Below are positions 62,328 through 64,000 of a DNA stretch of 64,000 nucleotides, one piece after another. The first letter of the stretch is position 1; each line of letters opens with the position of its first letter. Origin of the DNA: Anaerolineales bacterium (lineage in GTDB: Bacteria > Chloroflexota > Anaerolineae > Anaerolineales > UBA4823); the NCBI GenBank assembly GCA_035341015.1, contig DAOQUL010000005.1, forward strand, positions 10,812-74,811. The letters run 5' to 3'. The translations under genes and the position numbers were made by a program. The notes under the pieces are model-generated. The model was not told where the DNA came from. It made no database searches and was given only the letters and a program-made list of their open reading frames with translations.

Positions 62328-62950
62328 AGTGGTTCAATCGAAAAAGCAAGAAGCCCAACCGGTTTTTGGATCTACTGGTGCAGCAAGCTGAATTGACGGT
62401 CAAAGGAATGGAGATCTTGAAGCAGTACATGGCGGAGCCGGACGAAGGCTTGCGTGAACAATTGGACAAAGTTGAAAAGGAAGCGGATGAAGTGCGGCGC
62501 ATCTTGATCGATGATCTGAACCATACCTTCGTCACGCCTTTTGACCGGGAAGACATCTTCTCGCTTTCTCTGGCGATCGATGACATGGTCGATTATGCCA
62601 ATTCGACCCTGGATGAGATGGTGATGCTCAAGGTTAAGCCTAACCAGTACCTGGCCAGGATCGCTTCACTGCTATCCGATGCGGCGGTAGAGATCAACCG
62701 CTCGGTGCTGCGCCTGGAAGATCATCCCAACGTGGCGAACGACCATGCCGTGCGCGCCAAAGCCCTGGAAAACCGGGTGGAATATGTGTACCGCGAGTCG
62801 TTGGTGGATCTGTTCTCGGCGCCAAAAGACCTGGATGGGGTGATGAAGATCCTTAAACTGCGCGAGATCTATCGCCACCTGTCGAATGCCGCCGATCGCG
62901 GCGACCAGGCTGCTAACGTGATTGGTGATATTGTGGTGAAGTGGATGTGA
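62324..62950 (+). CDS. DUF47 (PhoU-like, TIGR00153) family protein
   Basis: Trimmed to the ATG at 62324, which overlaps the tilS stop (ATGA). Contains FLDLLVQQAELTVKGMEIL...EKEADEVRR...FVTPFDREDI. Confidence 0.85.
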   Translation: MKWFNRKSKKPNRFLDLLVQQAELTVKGMEILKQYMAEPDEGLREQLDKVEKEADEVRRILIDDLNHTFVTPFDREDIFSLSLAIDDMVDYANSTLDEMVMLKVKPNQYLARIASLLSDAAVEINRSVLRLEDHPNVANDHAVRAKALENRVEYVYRESLVDLFSAPKDLDGVMKILKLREIYRHLSNAADRGDQAANVIGDIVVKWM

Positions 62951-62956
62951 GCTATC

Positions 62957-63004
62957 TTTCTTAAGCAGAAGGCGGGCCATTCGGCCCGCTTTCTGCTTAA
63001 GAAA
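62957..63004. terminator. Long bidirectional terminator hairpin between convergent genes
   Basis: TTTCTTAAGCAGAAGGCGGGCC-attc-GGCCCGCTTTCTGCTTAAGAAA forms 22 bp with one G-U pair. It contains the stop codon of the recombinase-like gene. Confidence 0.85.
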
Positions 63005-63899
63005 CTGATAACCTTTCCAATTTCATTTTTACTTCACGCCATTGGATCTTCGAGATGCCTAGTTTTTGGCGCACTTTATTGGGGTCTACATCTGACTGCC
63101 AATCGCTCAGGGCGCAGGTCCAGCGGCACATATCGAAAGAGAGATGCTTGCTCAGGCCGGCAGCTTCGCCCAGGTCTTCCAATAGATATTCCAGGCGGCG
63201 CGGCGACCAGGGGAACAGGCGGTCGCTGATGGGGTATTGGCCTTTGTATTCATTGTAGATTTCGGCCCAGTTTTCAGGCAGCGTGATCTTGCGTTCTTTA
63301 TAACGGTGTTGGGGGCTGGCGTAGCGTACAAAGAGGATGGGGCCCTCTGGAGCCTCAAAGTCAATGTGATTGGGGCTGATAGCCAGGCACTCACTCTTTT
63401 TGATGCCGGTGTTTAACAGCAGGGTTACCAATGCCAGCGGGCGGGCATCTGACGGCTGGGCGCGGCGGCTTTTCTCGGCCGCGGCCAACACCGCCTCGAC
63501 CTCATCGGCAGTGAGCACCTGGGGAAGGGGGCTGACCACAGAATGCTGTACCACCCGTTCAGCCGGGTCGACCAGGATCACGCCGTATTGGTGCAGCCAG
63601 CGGAAGAATGCTTTGAGCGAGGTGATGCGGCGAGCGAAGGTTTTTGGGCTGCAGGGCACATCACGGGTATTCTGCATCCATTGTAAGAATAAATTCAGCT
63701 CATTGGTGCTGATCTCGCCCAGTGGGCGGTCGGGGGCCAAGAAGCCCGCCAGCAGCAAGACATCAGCGGTAAAGGCTTTGACGGTGTGCGGAGATTTGCC
63801 CTGGTCATTCAGGTAGATGCGCCAGGCGTTCACCGCCGGGAGGATGGGGGCCTGGGCGGTGATGTGGGTGAGGGGATTGTTTTCAGGAGACATGGACAC
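62997..63899 (-). CDS. Tyrosine-recombinase (XerC/D, phage-integrase) family protein with degenerate catalytic residues
   Basis: 300 aa. N-terminal SAM-like core-binding domain (TVKAFTADVLLLAGFL...ARRITSLKAFFRWLHQYGVI). In the C-terminal domain NTGIKKSE replaces TGLRxSE, FDMCRWTCA replaces HxLRHxxA, and LGISKIQWREV replaces LGHxxxxxTxxY. Confidence 0.7.
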   Translation of the reverse strand: MSMSPENNPLTHITAQAPILPAVNAWRIYLNDQGKSPHTVKAFTADVLLLAGFLAPDRPLGEISTNELNLFLQWMQNTRDVPCSPKTFARRITSLKAFFRWLHQYGVILVDPAERVVQHSVVSPLPQVLTADEVEAVLAAAEKSRRAQPSDARPLALVTLLLNTGIKKSECLAISPNHIDFEAPEGPILFVRYASPQHRYKERKITLPENWAEIYNEYKGQYPISDRLFPWSPRRLEYLLEDLGEAAGLSKHLSFDMCRWTCALSDWQSDVDPNKVRQKLGISKIQWREVKMKLERLSVS

Positions 63900-63931
63900 C
63901 TCTCTTTCGCATAGACTTTTCGTATAGTCTT

Positions 63932-63961
63932 AGTTTAGCAGAAACGAAGCCTGCTTGTCAA
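63932..63961 (-). promoter_or_regulatory. Sigma-70-like promoter upstream of the recombinase-like gene (TTGACA-N18-TAAACT)
   Basis: The minus strand reads TTGACA agcaggcttcgtttctgc TAAACT, about 30 nt upstream of the ATG at 63899. Confidence 0.4.
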
Positions 63962-64000
63962 GCGAAAAGGCAGATCCTTATCAGAGCCCCAAGTCGGGGG

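Noticed and set aside
61468-62586. 372-aa minus-strand ORF (and 60838..61383) antisense to tilS
   Set aside because: The composition is extreme in Pro, Arg, Ala and Gly, typical of shadow ORFs in GC-rich DNA. tilS on the opposite strand has unambiguous motifs. The same reasoning applies to 6713..7576(-), 16626..17573(-), 9670..10356(-), 10456..11112(-), 21347..22063(+), 26566..27180(+) and 1782..2633(+).

Overview
GC-rich (high-50s % by eye), almost fully coding chromosomal segment. The gene content suggests a monoderm Chloroflexota/Anaerolineae-like organism, though this is an inference from short YidC, a sortase with a DUF11 surface protein, many Thr/Pro-rich linkers and leaderless-looking starts. 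Recognisable housekeeping genes are ssb, nadK, recN, polA, rho, parA-parB, jag-yidC-yidD-rnpA-rpmH, two trkA genes plus an APC-type permease, mutL and tilS. There are also two ECF sigma modules, cell-wall enzymes and several hydrolases. By eye I found no rRNA, tRNA, CRISPR array or intact mobile element. Most worth a second look: (1) a two-domain protein-disulfide oxidoreductase has an in-frame TGA exactly at the first Cys of its CPYC motif, with a hairpin 11 nt downstream, making it a selenoprotein candidate or a pseudogene. (2) A pseudo-receiver/Roadblock-like/inactivated IS200-type (Y1) domain fusion sits directly upstream of polA. (3) A three-gene cassette encodes a permuted SPPY methyltransferase, a multi-zinc-ribbon protein and a PD-(D/E)XK-like protein. 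(4) A membrane-anchored Cas4-like nuclease is split by an in-frame TAA, next to a translin-like gene inside an ssb-to-recN cluster. (5) One polypeptide carries both an LPGTG sorting signal and a sortase domain. (6) A class A PBP-like protein and a tyrosine-recombinase-like protein both have degenerate catalytic motifs. (7) rpmH carries a 1-nt frameshift. The frameshift in an essential gene means base-call or assembly errors must be excluded before interpreting the two in-frame stops. All homology calls come from reading motifs by eye; no searches were run.
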